Positions 1 to 13,643 of a stretch of DNA of 64,000 nt are shown here, in pieces. Position 1 is the stretch's first letter, and every line of letters starts with the position of its first letter. A program made the translations under genes and the position numbers. Source of the stretch: Vicugna vicugna (taxonomy: Eukaryota). The notes under the pieces were generated by a model that ran no database searches, was not told where the DNA came from, and worked only from the letters and a program-made list of their open reading frames with translations. Where the stretch lies: assembly GCA_013265495.1 (NCBI GenBank), contig MU058423.1, positions 7,177,449 through 7,241,448 of the forward strand, written 5' to 3'.

Positions 1-229
1 ATTTTATCAGAGAGTACTTAGAATGTGAATATACGGTAGCATTTTCATAGCATCAAATAGTTTGACTGTGATATCTAATTTTAATGAAGATGCTACTTGG
101 TCTTCATGAGATGAGGATGGGTGGAGAAATCATCTTCAGGTTGTCTTTTATAGCAGTTCAATGAGCTTTTCAACTCAGCTAAGAAATACTTATTTTAGTA
201 GGCAATTTTGGATTAGACTCAGAAGTGGT

Positions 230-430
230 ATATCGTGATTGCTGGTTAAGATCATCAACTCTCAACCCAAGTGCCCTGGTTTAAAAACGAGCACTACTGC
301 TTGCTTGGTGGATGACTTTTAGGAAAGTTACTCAATTTTTTTTAAGCTTTAGATTTCTTGTCTGTGAAATGAGAATATGCATAGTATCTGTCTTACAGGG
401 TATTAGGACATTAAAATGAATTAAATGGGG
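230..430 (+). mobile_element. MIR SINE relic
   Basis: tggttaaga...ggaaagttactcaa...tttcttgtctgtgaaatgagaat resembles the MIR core. Confidence 0.65.
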
Positions 431-2889
431 ATATTAATATCTTTTACCCCATGGGGTTCTTATGTTAATTAAATGACTTATTTGTTAAAAAAAAAAAACT
501 TAGACCATTTGCTATTTAAGCAACAGTTTAATAACTTTATGTTAACCTTTGGATTGGAAATTCTTTGGTCTAGAGTGAGACAAACATCTGTTCAAGCTCT
601 TACCATGATATTTTGTATTTGACCACTCTATATGATCAGCTATACCAGAGTTTAAATATGGTACAGTTTTTATTTTTTACCTTAAAATTTAAATATTTCT
701 CATGGTAAAAATTAAACTTTTACATATGCATGAATGTTATATATAGATAAATATTCAGAATCATCATGTGGAACTAAGAATAGATGAGTAGCACATGTGA
801 AGGAAAAGAGGACACTAAGGACAAGGATGAGACGGTATAAAGAATGCTTTGGCTGATTCTTTTTAAGCTTTTTTTTTTAGTAAATAGTCAACAAAAATCA
901 AATGGGAATAAAATGGAGTGTTTAGGAGAGAATCATAATCATTCTACATTCTCTCCCCTGCTGCTTAGTCAAAATTTACATGATGTAATCATTTCAAACT
1001 AATTATTTTATCTTTTGAAGGCATGATTAGTATCTATTTTAGTTTAAGCTTTTATTTTGTTTTGTTTCATAATCTTTCATTTTAAGAACCTACTTGTTTC
1101 AGTATAGCTGAAAAATTGGTCAATAATTATCTTTGGACATGTTTACCTTACTATTATCACACATTAATTCTTTTCACATATTGATAAATAAAATATTTGA
1201 TAACATCATTTTAAAAAACAGTAAGTGCCTGAATAAATGGTAGGATGGGTTACTGAATTATATTTTTATTTTTTTAAATGCTACATTTAAATAATCTGTA
1301 AACAGGTTTGAGATGCATAACATTCTGTAATGACTAAGCAGGTTGACTGATTAAACAATGATTAAACAACAAAGCATTTGCTTTCCACCAAATTAAGCAT
1401 CAGTTCACAATATTACATTCTAAATAAAATGTAGGATCTGTAGTTTCTTTAACTTCAGGGCTCTAGAATTTTGAGATGCATATCCAAGCAAATATTCTGC
1501 ACAACATAATACCGCAGGGGAAATATTTGGTTGTGTATTCTAGGCACTTAAAAATGTATCACCCCTGTTTTCCTTTTCCCTTTATTACTTATGAATTATG
1601 TATTTCCCTAGGGTTTTTCAATTTACAGTATCCTAAAGAGGAAACAGAAAATATGTGTACCTGAAATAACATTTTTATATGCAGAGCTGATATTTTTGAT
1701 ATGTTCCAGGTTCAGAGGGTTGTTTATAACTGCTATCAACATCATAACTTCACCAATTTCTATTTCCAACTGATGAAAATGATAAGAAACTGATTTTGCT
1801 TGGCAAATTCCTCCTTAAATATAGTTCATAATTTTATAAGAGATTAATACCTTAGAGGAATTAAAGCTCATTTCCTCTAACTCCTTCATGAATAATATTT
1901 ATAGAAATGATTTAAAATGCATCATAAACACAAATAATGTCTAGTATGTTTTTCATTAAACTTGAGCAATTAGCATCCCTAGTATTTCTTCTGTTTTGCT
2001 GCTTTAGAATCACTATTAGAATGGGATGAGAAAGCTAATTGGTAACTATCTGTACCATGTCAAAAACAAATTATAATAATTAACATTTACATGACATTTC
2101 ACTATATGCAGTGCTTTTGTAGGCCTGGTTTTTCTTTCATTATGACAATTCTCTGACACAGTTATTATTAGAATACTTTTTAAAATAAAACTCTGAGATA
2201 AGAAAGAATAGACCCTAGATTGCCCAGCTAATGAGTGGTAGACCTGAGATGCTGAATGAAGCAGTGATTGGAATATTGATGCCCCAAAGGCCACATCCCT
2301 ATTAGTTCTCTCACTTGCAGCAAAATTTCTGTAGAATATATTGTGTGTCTACAAGAGTTTGAATGTAAAAATGAGAAAACAGAGATAGAAAAAAAATCTG
2401 GCCTCTTTAAATAGTTTTGTGTTTTCAGTCTAAAGAATGTATTTACTTTTAACTTACATACGTTAATTTTAACCAATATTTTTAAATGGTTTCTGTCACT
2501 GGTACAAGTATATGGTTGTTTCATGGAATCACATTTTTATTAGGGCTGTTTTTTAATGCTTTTTTACGCCATCTTGTTCGAATATGTAGAAATTTTGGCA
2601 TCTATCCTGATGGTCATAAGACCTCAAAAAATTATTTTATTATTTCCATTACTCATTTTATTATTCCTTCAAAAATGTGCTTTTAGGCAACATTATATTC
2701 CCAACAAATAATTCACCAGGCCTTTCTGATGAGATCAGAGAAAAGTAGATGCAAAATATGTTTCCTTAATTTTAAAATTATTGAACTAGCAGACTAAATG
2801 CATAGTGTTTTTATTTTACCATAGATGATATCCTTAATGCATCTCTGGTTTGCATATTTATTTAGTAGATTTGGGACCTAATGCCACAG

Positions 2890-3066
2890 AGCCAAGTTCC
2901 CCAAACCTTAATGGGTAACAAACCTATGAAACAGATGGCTGGTCTCTAACTCCAGAATTTCAGAGTCGGTTGGTGTGAATAAAACCTAGGAATTTGCTTT
3001 TCTAATATGTTCACAGATGAGGCTAACACTGCTGGTCTGAGGATCACACTTTGAGATCCACTAAGA
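2890..3066. mobile_element. MER5A-like hAT-Charlie MITE
   Basis: gaatttgcttttctaa...cacagatgaggctaacactgctggtctgaggatcacactttgaga resembles MER5A. Confidence 0.7.
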
Positions 3067-3464
3067 TAGAGTATTTGTCAAGAGATTTAACAAAGTGGCA
3101 TGGTTGCTTATTTTTATACAAAAAAAGAATCTAAAGTGAATTGACATAAATTTACATCTGAGGATTAATACTTTTCATATTAGAAGATTATCAGGCACAT
3201 TCACATTTAAAATTGTACCTAATTTCTGTGAAAATAATTTTATCTATTGTTAGTAGAATGATGTAGGGAAATTGTTCACTTTTATATCTGTACTTACAGA
3301 ATGTCACATGCATTCCTAATTAAAACAAATATAAATATTACTAATAAAAGTCCAAAATACTATTGTTACATAGGACTGACTTGTAGCAGTATTCTTTCTC
3401 TCCTCTGATGTTCAGAATTTCAGTTTGTGGAGCTGGCTTGAGAAACTAAGGGATGGAAAGGGCT

Positions 3465-3630
3465 CATCTATTCAACCTCACAGTAGCCCCTTGAGACAGG
3501 AATATAATCCTAGGTTTACAGATGAGAACCCTGAAGCTCTCTTTGGCTAGCTATTTTAAATTGCTAATTAGAGAGACTGGCTTCTATCCCAAATCTATTC
3601 TATTCTGAACCCATGCTTTTATATTACATC
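3465..3630 (-). mobile_element. MIR SINE relic
   Basis: ctcacagtagcccct...tttacagatgagaaccctgaagct is a reverse MIR core. Confidence 0.6.
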
Positions 3631-4851
3631 ATGCTGTTGGGATTAGATCCATGGCATCAAAAATGATGAACTGGGACTTAATGTACTCTTTCACAGTGAG
3701 GACTCAAATTATCTAGGTAGGGGGGAAAAATTAGTCATGGTAGCCTTGTAGAAGATACTATGGTAAAAACTAATAAGTTTGGTTAAAGTTGAAACAATTT
3801 GATTTCTAAGTGGCATGTTAAAATCATTATTGAAATTATAATTCAAATAACTCAATTAAATCTACATAACTCAAACTCATAGAGAAAACTCGTTTTTTCC
3901 CTTTGTTTCTTCACGTGGTACTTGTAGGCAGTAGTGACTCACGTGTTATAGGTATTGTTCTGCCCCTGATTCCATCAATCACATACTTAACAAACCACCA
4001 GTCAGTTACATTTCTTCTAACAGAATCTATTCAACTTGTTGTAATTTCAGAACAAGGATCTTATTTTGTGTTGCCTTCAGTTTGGAGAACACTAATTTTT
4101 ATATAAAAGAGTTTGTTACAAAGTTATCAATATGAATATTTTCATGACTAGAAGTCAGGACTAGGAGTTAGTTGCAAAAGTCATGCCATAATTTTCATAT
4201 AATATATAATAATTAATAAAAAATATAATTCAGCATAAATGGATAAATCCGTTGTCCTTGGGCTATAAAAAGGGTTAAGTTATTAAAATAGAGGTCTGAT
4301 CATATGAGAAAAGTAAATTATCTTATTATTACATTTACAAATCATTTAGATAAGAGATTCAACTCAGGAATTATAGCTAAAAATACTATCTTTGGAGTTT
4401 ACATAGGAAAAATGATTAAAAATGGTCAGTTGACTGTCAAAAGGTTATTGAAGTTTTTATCTTTAAATTTTATTGGAAATATAGTAACCTTTAAATATGA
4501 GTTTAGCACTAAAGTATTTGATTAAATGAATGTGTAATTTGGAAACCTCTTCCTCTAAAATTAGTGTAATTAAAAATGCATCCTTTCTTCTCAACTAAAA
4601 AATCAAATAGACCATGTCCTATTTCTAATTTCATATTTATTCAATCAAACTTATCAATATTATATTTTATTATTATGGTTAAATATCAAACCATTCAGTT
4701 TGATTATTTAAAATCCTGAAAAATAAACACTGATTTTTAATAATTATTTTGAACTCTGTCATATTATCAAAACCAGCTTGCCCTGTGGATAATATTATGA
4801 TTCTCTAATGTGTACTTACTCCATGTATGTTTATTATTTCTCATTATTTAG

Positions 4852-4905
4852 GGACCTCCTGGCTTACCTGGTCTCAAAGGTGACCCTGGTTCCAAGGGTG
4901 AGAAG
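4852..4905 (+). CDS. COL11A1: COL11A1 triple-helix exon, 54 bp (approx. exon 58): GPPGLPGLKGDPGSKGEK
   Basis: tttag|GGA...AAG|gtaag. Canonical 54-bp Gly-X-Y exon, phase 0, splices in frame to the next exon. Confidence 0.96.
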
Positions 4906-4930
4906 GTAAGAATTAAAGAATGTGTTATTA

Positions 4931-4996
4931 CTTGATACAACGTTGTAAAATGATTATAAATCAATAAAAAATGTTAAAAAAAAAGAGAGAGAAAAA
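4931..4996 (+). mobile_element. Extremely 5'-truncated young L1 3' tail with poly(A)
   Basis: Perfect 16-bp TSD aaagaatgtgttatta (4915-4930 and 4997-5012) at a TT|AAAG site. The body is the reverse complement of the L1 termini at ~29430 and ~54645. Confidence 0.9.
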
Positions 4997-5790
4997 AAAG
5001 AATGTGTTATTATAATTTTGATATCCTAATAGCAGAGACAATAATTTTGCAAATTAAAATTACTCAAAAGGAAATTTCAAAGGATACCTTTGTCATTCTA
5101 ATAAAGAAAAAAGCTGTCCATCTCTAGCTTACAAGATGAATCTAGAAAAGAGAAAATATCCAAAGTAGTAATGAAAAGTGTACCAGAATTCAGTGTTCTG
5201 TTTCTCAATGTTCCTTTGTGGGAACCATATGGAGAAAGCATATGGTTATACTAAAATAACTATTCAGAAAATAAACAGAATAACAAAATGCCCATTTTTT
5301 TAGAGTTTTTCAAAATGAAAATAAAAAGTTTAAATGAGACTTATCTTTTGGATAATGATTTGAAAGATATGCATTCTCTATTGCATCAAATAGTTAAAGA
5401 AAATAAACCTTTTTTAGAACAACATTAATATTTTTAACTATTTTTAAGTCTCAAAGTGTTTCTCAGATCCTACAAATACCTGAAGAATAGAACTCATTTC
5501 ATATAAAATAAGATGCTTATGAAAATAATGAATTTTCAGTTGTTTGTTTCACCAGTATTACTTATAGTCTGTATTGGTCTTTTAGTTGAAGGAATTCTCT
5601 TTAAGTGGAACTCTAAATGTGGTATTTCTAGAAAGCATTTGTTTGACCATATTCCCAACCCTTAATAAAGGTCTCCCTTAATGTAAGCAGAATGATCCTG
5701 TTAGGTGAGGGAAAGAGGTTCTTAATCCTGTATTTCATTTAGAAAGGGTTAAAATTTTATCTAATTTAAATTATTTTGACTATAATTTAA

Positions 5791-6105
<315 letters not shown>

Positions 6106-6423
6106 TGACTTAAGTTAAAGATCATAAAAATTATAGTCCAACGGCTAATTACATAACATTTATTGAATCCCCAACACATGCAAATGATGACTCCGAAGGC
6201 TGCAGAAATGTAAAGATGTATACGTAGAGAGGGAGACATTGCAGCAAAATGGAAAAGAAAAAACAGATTGTCTTTCAAAACTTATTTCTTAGATTCAAAA
6301 TGGAAATTTTAGGCTATTCTCATGTATTTTTGTTTTGGCTAAACTGCAGTGTGCATTGTTTTGCAAAATGTGAAAATGGAATAGCTGAGAAAAACGCTTT
6401 AATTTGGATAATTCTCTCCGTAG

Positions 6424-6477
6424 GGAATTCCAGGTCCTGCTGGTCCCATAGGTCCACCTGGTCCCCCAGGCTTACCA
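6424..6477 (+). CDS. COL11A1: COL11A1 triple-helix exon, 54 bp (approx. exon 60): GIPGPAGPIGPPGPPGLP
   Basis: cgtag|GGA...CCA|gtaagt. Gly-X-Y repeat. Confidence 0.96.
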
Positions 6478-6578
6478 GTAAGTACGAGACAAAAGAATTT
6501 TATAAAGTAAATGTACAAATAACCGAAGAGACACAGATGCTCCAGTTTTATCTGTACTTTCGCCTCTGCACTCTCTAG

Positions 6579-6614
6579 GGTCCTCAAGGTCCAAAGGGTA
6601 CCAAAGGCTCAACT
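6579..6614 (+). CDS. COL11A1: COL11A1 triple-helix exon, 36 bp (approx. exon 61): GPQGPKGTKGST
   Basis: ctag|GGT...ACT|gtaagt. Gly-X-Y repeat, flanked by 101-bp and 94-bp introns. Confidence 0.95.
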
Positions 6615-6708
6615 GTAAGTACCTTTCTCTTTGGCATTTAAATTTTTCGGCAAAGCCGACCCAAATGCCTTGTTCTCTATTTATCTGGTTCCTTATTCTT
6701 TCTAACAG

Positions 6709-6762
6709 GGACCTGCTGGCCAGAAGGGTGACAGTGGTCTTCCAGGACCCCCGGGGCCTCCG
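6709..6762 (+). CDS. COL11A1: COL11A1 triple-helix exon, 54 bp (approx. exon 62): GPAGQKGDSGLPGPPGPP
   Basis: aacag|GGA...CCG|gtaagt. Gly-X-Y repeat. Confidence 0.96.
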
Positions 6763-7266
6763 GTAAGTGCATGGTAACAAGAGTGATATTCTGGCAATTG
6801 GCATCCTAAGACTGCCAGCAATTTCTCTGAATTCATAAGGATGAAGAAGCACATTCTGTCAAAGTGCTGATTTTCTAGGAAATAGCAACTACCTTAATTA
6901 AGTACTCAGGTCTCCATGCCAAGACCGGTCTTTTAATTGGTTTCACTCTTTGAATATAAAGAAACCTTAACTATATATTGTAACAATCTTGTTTTATTAG
7001 TTTTTCAAGAAAATCATATACTTTTATGTTATATTTTCATGAATGCAGCTGTTTGTTTGCCACAAAGATACCTTAAGACCTAGGAATAAAAACAAAAGTT
7101 CAGACATTTGGCATTTTTTTCCTACTGCATAGAATGATAATAATAAAAGCAGTAATAATAGCTGCCATTTACTGACACTGACGTTTTCCAGACTTCACCC
7201 AACTGTTGTGTTAGATCCATGTGAAATAATTTGAGTCTTCCTTCTTGAACTTGTTTTGAAGCCGTA

Positions 7267-7672
7267 TGTGGATTAGTTTGCTAGGACTACAGAAACAAAG
7301 TACCACAAACTAGGTGCTCAAACAGCACAAACGTACTGTCCAACAGTTCTAGGGGCCAGAAGTCCTAGATCAAAGTGTCAGCCGCATTGGAGCCTTCGAA
7401 AGGGTGCGGGGGAATGTCTGAGACCCCTCACCTTGGCTTCTAGAAGGCTGTCTTCTTTTGTCTCTTCACAATGTCATCTTTGTGTGTCTTGTGCCCAAAT
7501 TTCCCCTTTTTAGAAGGGTACCAGTCATATTGGAATAGGATCCACTCCAGTGCCCTCATATGCATTTGCTTTATTAATTATAGCTACAGCTACTCCACTG
7601 CTAAATAAGGTCTTTCTCTGAGTTCCTAGACTTCTGTGTAGGAATTTTTGTGGGACATAATTCATCACAATA
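7267..7672. mobile_element. MaLR LTR (MLT1A/B/C-like) in COL11A1 intron
   Basis: ttagtttgctagg...acaaagtaccacaaactagg...cagttctaggggccagaagtcc...agtcatattgga. Confidence 0.8.
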
Positions 7673-8217
7673 TGAATTAACTATTTGGTGTAGTTCTACT
7701 CTTACACGTATATACATTCAAGTCTGGTTGCACTTCTTTTAAGTTTGTTAATTGATATATTTAAGTTAAAAGTTGAATGTTTCATTATATAAACTATTAT
7801 CAAGTACAATAGACAACTCATTATACAGCACAAGAAACGTAAACTGTTGTTTTAATCTTCAGAGACTAAAATCTTGTTGCAGAGATAGGGCAAGTAAATG
7901 AGGAAGAATTAATAAGGAAAGTAGCATATATGCCATATGTCCACACAGATCTGTGCTGTTACTTGTATAGAAAAAGGTCCAGAAATCATCTGATTTCTGT
8001 GCCTACCTCAATATCTCTACTAGATTATTTTTTTAAAAACTTACAAAGTTTATATATAAAGATATATATATCAAAAAGATATATATGTTATACATATTCA
8101 TTAGCAATTAGAGAAAACATTGAAAATAGGAAAAACATTGAAAAGTTGAACAAACTATAATTTCTTATAACAATAACATAATTAGCAGTAACTAATCTGC
8201 AGAATGTTGTACCTTAG

Positions 8218-8580
<363 letters not shown>

Positions 8581-8885
8581 TAAATGTTTAACATAGTCTG
8601 TAAATAAAACCAAAGAAAACGATTATAATTCAAGATCTACTTTGGAAAATCTTTATCTTGTTAAATAAGGTTTCCTTAAATATAACAATATCATTTTGGA
8701 ATGATTAAGATAACACAAATGCATTTTGCCTTGTAGTAAGTTTGGTTTTAAGTGTGCACATAGATGTTACTGTATAATAATTTATATCCTATGTCCTAAC
8801 TGACTTTAAAATTAATATGATTAAGTAGCATAACTGAATCACATGTGACCTATCAGTTTAGCAATGATTTAGTAAATACAATATT

Positions 8886-9023
8886 TTAAAATATATTTTT
8901 ATTGAAGTATAGTCAGTTGACAATGTTGTGTCAATTTCTGGTGTACAGCACAATATTTCAGTCACATAGGAACATGCATATATTCATTTTCATATTTTTT
9001 TAACTGTAAGTTACTACAAGGTC
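8886..9023 (-). mobile_element. Short L1 3'-end fragment
   Basis: tttttattgaagtatagtcagttgacaatgttgtgtcaatttctggtgtacagc. Near-TSD aatacaatatt/aatagaatatt (8875-8885, 9024-9034). Confidence 0.75.
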
Positions 9024-9829
9024 AATAGAATATTGAAGAATTAGGGTCGTTTGAGGCAAACGTTTATTTCACTGATCCACGAATAACCAAAACAACTGTG
9101 AATGATTTACTTGTAATAATAATCAGGATAGTTTATTATATGAATTATTTGACAAAACCTTCACGTACCCATTCTCAGAAGGAACCAGTTCCAAGTATCC
9201 GAAGTTAATTGACTAACTAACACAACACTAAACTAACAAGAGGGTAGATGTGCATCTGATTTTAAATCTCCCACTTTATGTGGAAATAATTCGCTACTCT
9301 TCTTACTCATGGGACAATATTATTTTGCACTTTTGATAATATAATGACTGTTAATAACTGAGATCTTTCTAAATAACTCAATGTAGTTAGAGAAGTTTCA
9401 TGCAATTCAGGAACAAGAATGTCATAAAATCCTATCTCAATCAAGCACAGCCTGTTAAAATGAAAACACAAGTAATTATTAAAGGTCCTTTACAAATCAC
9501 TATCAAAAGTCTTTAAACTTGTAATATATTTATTAGAAAAAGATACATTTAGTTTCATATTAATTCAGTAATTTGTAAGGAGAATGACCCAGACTTCTGA
9601 TCTAGCTAAGGTAAATCATACACACGTAGCTGCAGATCACATGTGAAAGATGGCAGCGTGTGCTGACAGCACAAAACAATGTGTGATTAATTAGGTAGAA
9701 CCTGAGCAGTCAAGAAAAAAAATGTGTAAATTTTGGAGATGGAAAGCTCGTTGTAGACTATAGTTCCCTGTGGTTTCCATATATTAACTAGCTCTATTAA
9801 TTCTTGATTGTGTTAATTAATTACAATTA

Positions 9830-10800
9830 AATATTTATTCATTTAGCAGTGCCAGGCTCTGTTCTTCAGGCAGAGATGCACAGATAAACCGAAAGAATGA
9901 TGCTCTCAATTTACTATTGTCTAATGATGGAGACAGGTGAACCATAAGTATCAATAACAGCGCACTATGACAGATGCAGTTTTCCCCTGCTCTCGGAAAT
10001 TAGAGAGTTCCTGTGAAACCTGCAAGCCAAAATGGCATAAAGCACAGAAGCAATTACTCTAGGATACATCTTGCTAAAGGATGCACAAAATAAATCGAGA
10101 TAAACCACAGATGCTCACAGACACAGTTCAGAGCTATGGGGCTTGATGCTGAGATGCTGGGTGTAGTTCTGGGGAAGGAGTTTGGTGGTGACGCTCTCAC
10201 TGCTCCTGGTTCACGCTGCCTCTGTAACTGCTTGTTGCCAAACACATGCTGAATGCTCGTTTCACTTTACACCTTGTTTTGTAAAAGCAAAAATCCACTT
10301 CCAATTTCTTTCTGTTAGAGAAAACAGATACTAATGTAAGTCTTTCATAAAAGCCAACTGGAATAAAGTGAGCTTTCAGAAAGAAGGGGGAATACCTGTA
10401 TTCTGAAAAAGAAAAAAAAAACCTGGGTATTTAGATAATTAGGGAGTGATTTCATTTTGGATAAATAGGATGTCACTATTTGAGGAAGTGCCATTTGAGC
10501 TGAAACCTTAAAGAGATAGCCAGTCATGCAAAGAATCAAAAATGTATTCCAGGCAGAGGATATGGGATATTTGCAAAGCTTTAAAGAAGACAAGATCTTG
10601 GTGTCTTAAAGGAACTGAAAGAAGATCTCTGTGGCTGCAATAATGAGCAAAATGAAAAATGGCTTGAAGTGATTTGAAAGGAAGCAAGATGGAATCAAAG
10701 GAGGCTGGTTAAGAAGCTGTCAGACTAGTCTAAGCAAGAGACAATGGTGGCCTGATTTAGGGATGTGTCAGTAGAAATAGGAAGTGAATCAATTACAAAT
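9830..10800 (-). mobile_element. Fragmented L2 LINE relic
   Basis: atttattcattt...gtgccaggctctgtt; catttgagctgaaacctt...ttccaggcagagga; aagcaagagacaatggtggcctg. Confidence 0.6.
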
Positions 10801-12030
10801 GAATTGAACAAGGTATTCATAGTAGTCATGGTATTCATCCTGAATTTATTGAATAAAGGTATCTAAGTAATTAAGTGTATGTTATTTGAAATAATATTTA
10901 GTAACTGCTAACTGAATAAGAGAAGATCAAAAATGCTTACCATATAATTCTAAATGATTGATTGAAAGATCAAAGACTGAGTGGTTGTTCTGGTTGGTAA
11001 AGTCTTGGATGATTTTTATTTTTGTGTATATTTTTGCCTGAGAATTTCGGTTTGTTCCAGATGTGAATGTAATGGTGTAATCAGGGAAAGTCCAAATGTT
11101 TTTTATTCATTTCAAAATTCAAACTGGCATTGGATTTTCAGGAATTCCATTACTAAGCTAAGCAGTTAGAGCTTTTAAATCATTCAAAGTTCATAATCAA
11201 TGGATTGACATAATTCAAATGAGTATTTGAGATAAAGTGGCAGCATGAAAAATGGTAGGAGAGAAGCAAAGTCATCATCATGTGTTTATCAATTCTGCCT
11301 CCCGATAGTTCTTATTAACAAAGACCCCATTGTCAGTTATTTAAGGAATAACTTTATGTCAGTCCCACTACTTAGTATCTTTACTCACTTAACACTAAAT
11401 TAACAGGCATGGTCATTCACATGGTAATACTTGTTCCATACCATTTAGATAATAGAATTAATAGCAAACTGTATTTCAATATATAAAATAGACCTTCTTC
11501 TTAGGATCCCATTGAAAGGGAGAGGACATTTACTACAAAAAAGTTTTTACTGTAAAATAATGCAGAAGTATGACCCTGAGGCTAAGTAGAGGTGATCACT
11601 TCCATCCTACAGATTAACAAATCAAGAAGAATATTATTACATGAATAGATTACTTAAGTAGTAAATGATACATATAAGATTTAGAGTTGAGGATGTCTGA
11701 TTCCAGTGTACTTGCAATTCATTACACATGGATAAATAGAATGCTGATATTTGAGGAGATGGGATTTAATCTGAAACTTAAACATAATAGACATGCTAAG
11801 AATAAAAAAAAAGGATGTTCCAGGCAGAGTGTATGGGGCCATTAGCAAAGCTTTGAGCAGACAAGACAAAGGGTCACTCTTTAACTAGTCAAACATACAC
11901 CTCAATTTGACCAAAGACATAAGGGATTCATATGGGAATAGATCAATGAATATTCATTTTTTTCTTATTTCTCTAATAAAACTTGGTATATAATATACTC
12001 AGTTTTTGATATAAATGTATTTGTATGTGA

Positions 12031-12189
<159 letters not shown>

Positions 12190-13574
12190 TGACTGTTGAC
12201 AGTTCTTGCCGTGTTTTTGCAATATTGAACTAAACAGGAAAATTACTGTCATATTTTCATTTATCTGCTTTTCTTACAGGGTAATTAGAGCATTTCATTT
12301 GCAGAAACATGAATAGACACCAAAGTGACACACAGAGTTAATAAATACTTCTCTTCTTATTTTTCACCCAGATGTATTCTTTATGCACCTGCTTACCCGC
12401 TAAAATTCTGTGGCTTTCCATGACACAGCACAGTTGATTCTCAGATTTTAGTGCATACATAATATTTTTCATTCCAAGTACCATGTGGCAGAACTCACAG
12501 CTGTGTAGTATGCTCAGAAACACACTTTTATAAAGTATGACTCTTTCACATCACATAGAAGTATCTCTGCACTTGTGTACTTCTTAAACGTTTAGTCTCT
12601 TCAAACACATTTCTTGATTTTCACCTAGCGGTCTCAGTATTTTTGAGTTCTGTCTTTAAAGCTACAGGCAAATGATTAATATAAGACTTTTCACCAGCAT
12701 AATTATAGTCTCCAAACTTTTGACAGGTGGTAAATTTTGACTTTATTTCTGTCCTCTTAATAAATCACATTCTTCTTAGTAAGCAGTGTGGGCACAGAAA
12801 TTCCTTACAACAAGACAAATAGCTGAAAGTGTGACTAGTCTCTTTAGGAGAGACGTTAAGTTTGTAAGTAAAGGATCCGTCTTAGGGGCAGGAGACAAAG
12901 CAACGTCTGTTTCCTAACACGCTTGGTAGGTAGTGAAGCATAAGAAAGCCCCCACCACAGCCCACCAGCAAGTGTGGGAAAATGGAAGCGCCTCCCCTTA
13001 CAGGATTACGCAAATTCCCTCTAGTGAGGCCTCATATACCTTTATACTTTGCTGATCTCTGCAAAGCAAAACAATAAATGAAGATCTGTAGAGGATTCTA
13101 AACATTATCCCAGCAGGGGATGATCAGGCTTGCAGCAATGATTTTTCCAAGCATCCCACTCTTATTACTGGCCGGATACTTCAGGATGCCTCCCTTGGCT
13201 ATGAAATACTGATGGTACGAACCTTAATGGCAGATGCCAGCTGGCATTGTGAGTGTTTCCTTTGCAAGGGGATACCTAAGAGTTCCACCCATATCCCCTA
13301 CAGCCGACCCTTAGCATGCCTTTACCAGGTTATTTTCCCCATTTCTTTTTGAGCAATTAAAGAAAACAGGAAGAAAATGACTCAGTCTTTGCTAAATGGG
13401 AATTCAGAAGATCTATCTCAAATTTTGCTCTTTATCTCATTTTATATAATCCAGGGTAGGCCATTTTGAAAACCATTTAGCATCTTAATCTTACTGAAAA
13501 TTATTGATACATACATACACAATACTGTTCGTAACTTTAACCCATTTAAAAATTTTCCTGTTCCTTTGCAACAG

Positions 13575-13643
13575 GTGAGACTTTCGTCATGGCCAAAGGA
13601 GAAACCAGGAAGCTGGTTTAGTGAATTCAAGAGAGGAAAACTG
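13575..13643 (+). CDS. COL11A1: COL11A1 C-propeptide exon, 69 bp (approx. exon 65): [23 protein letters not shown]
   Basis: caacag|GTG...CTG|gtatgt. In frame. Confidence 0.97.

Noticed and set aside
1..4851. Additional collagen exons upstream of 4852
   Set aside because: No Gly-X-Y coding stretch with splice sites was found. The region appears to be a single intron.
6399..6587. Minus-strand collagen-like ORF (GKPGGPGGPMGPAGPGIP)
   Set aside because: Antisense shadow of the Gly/Pro codons in the + strand exon.
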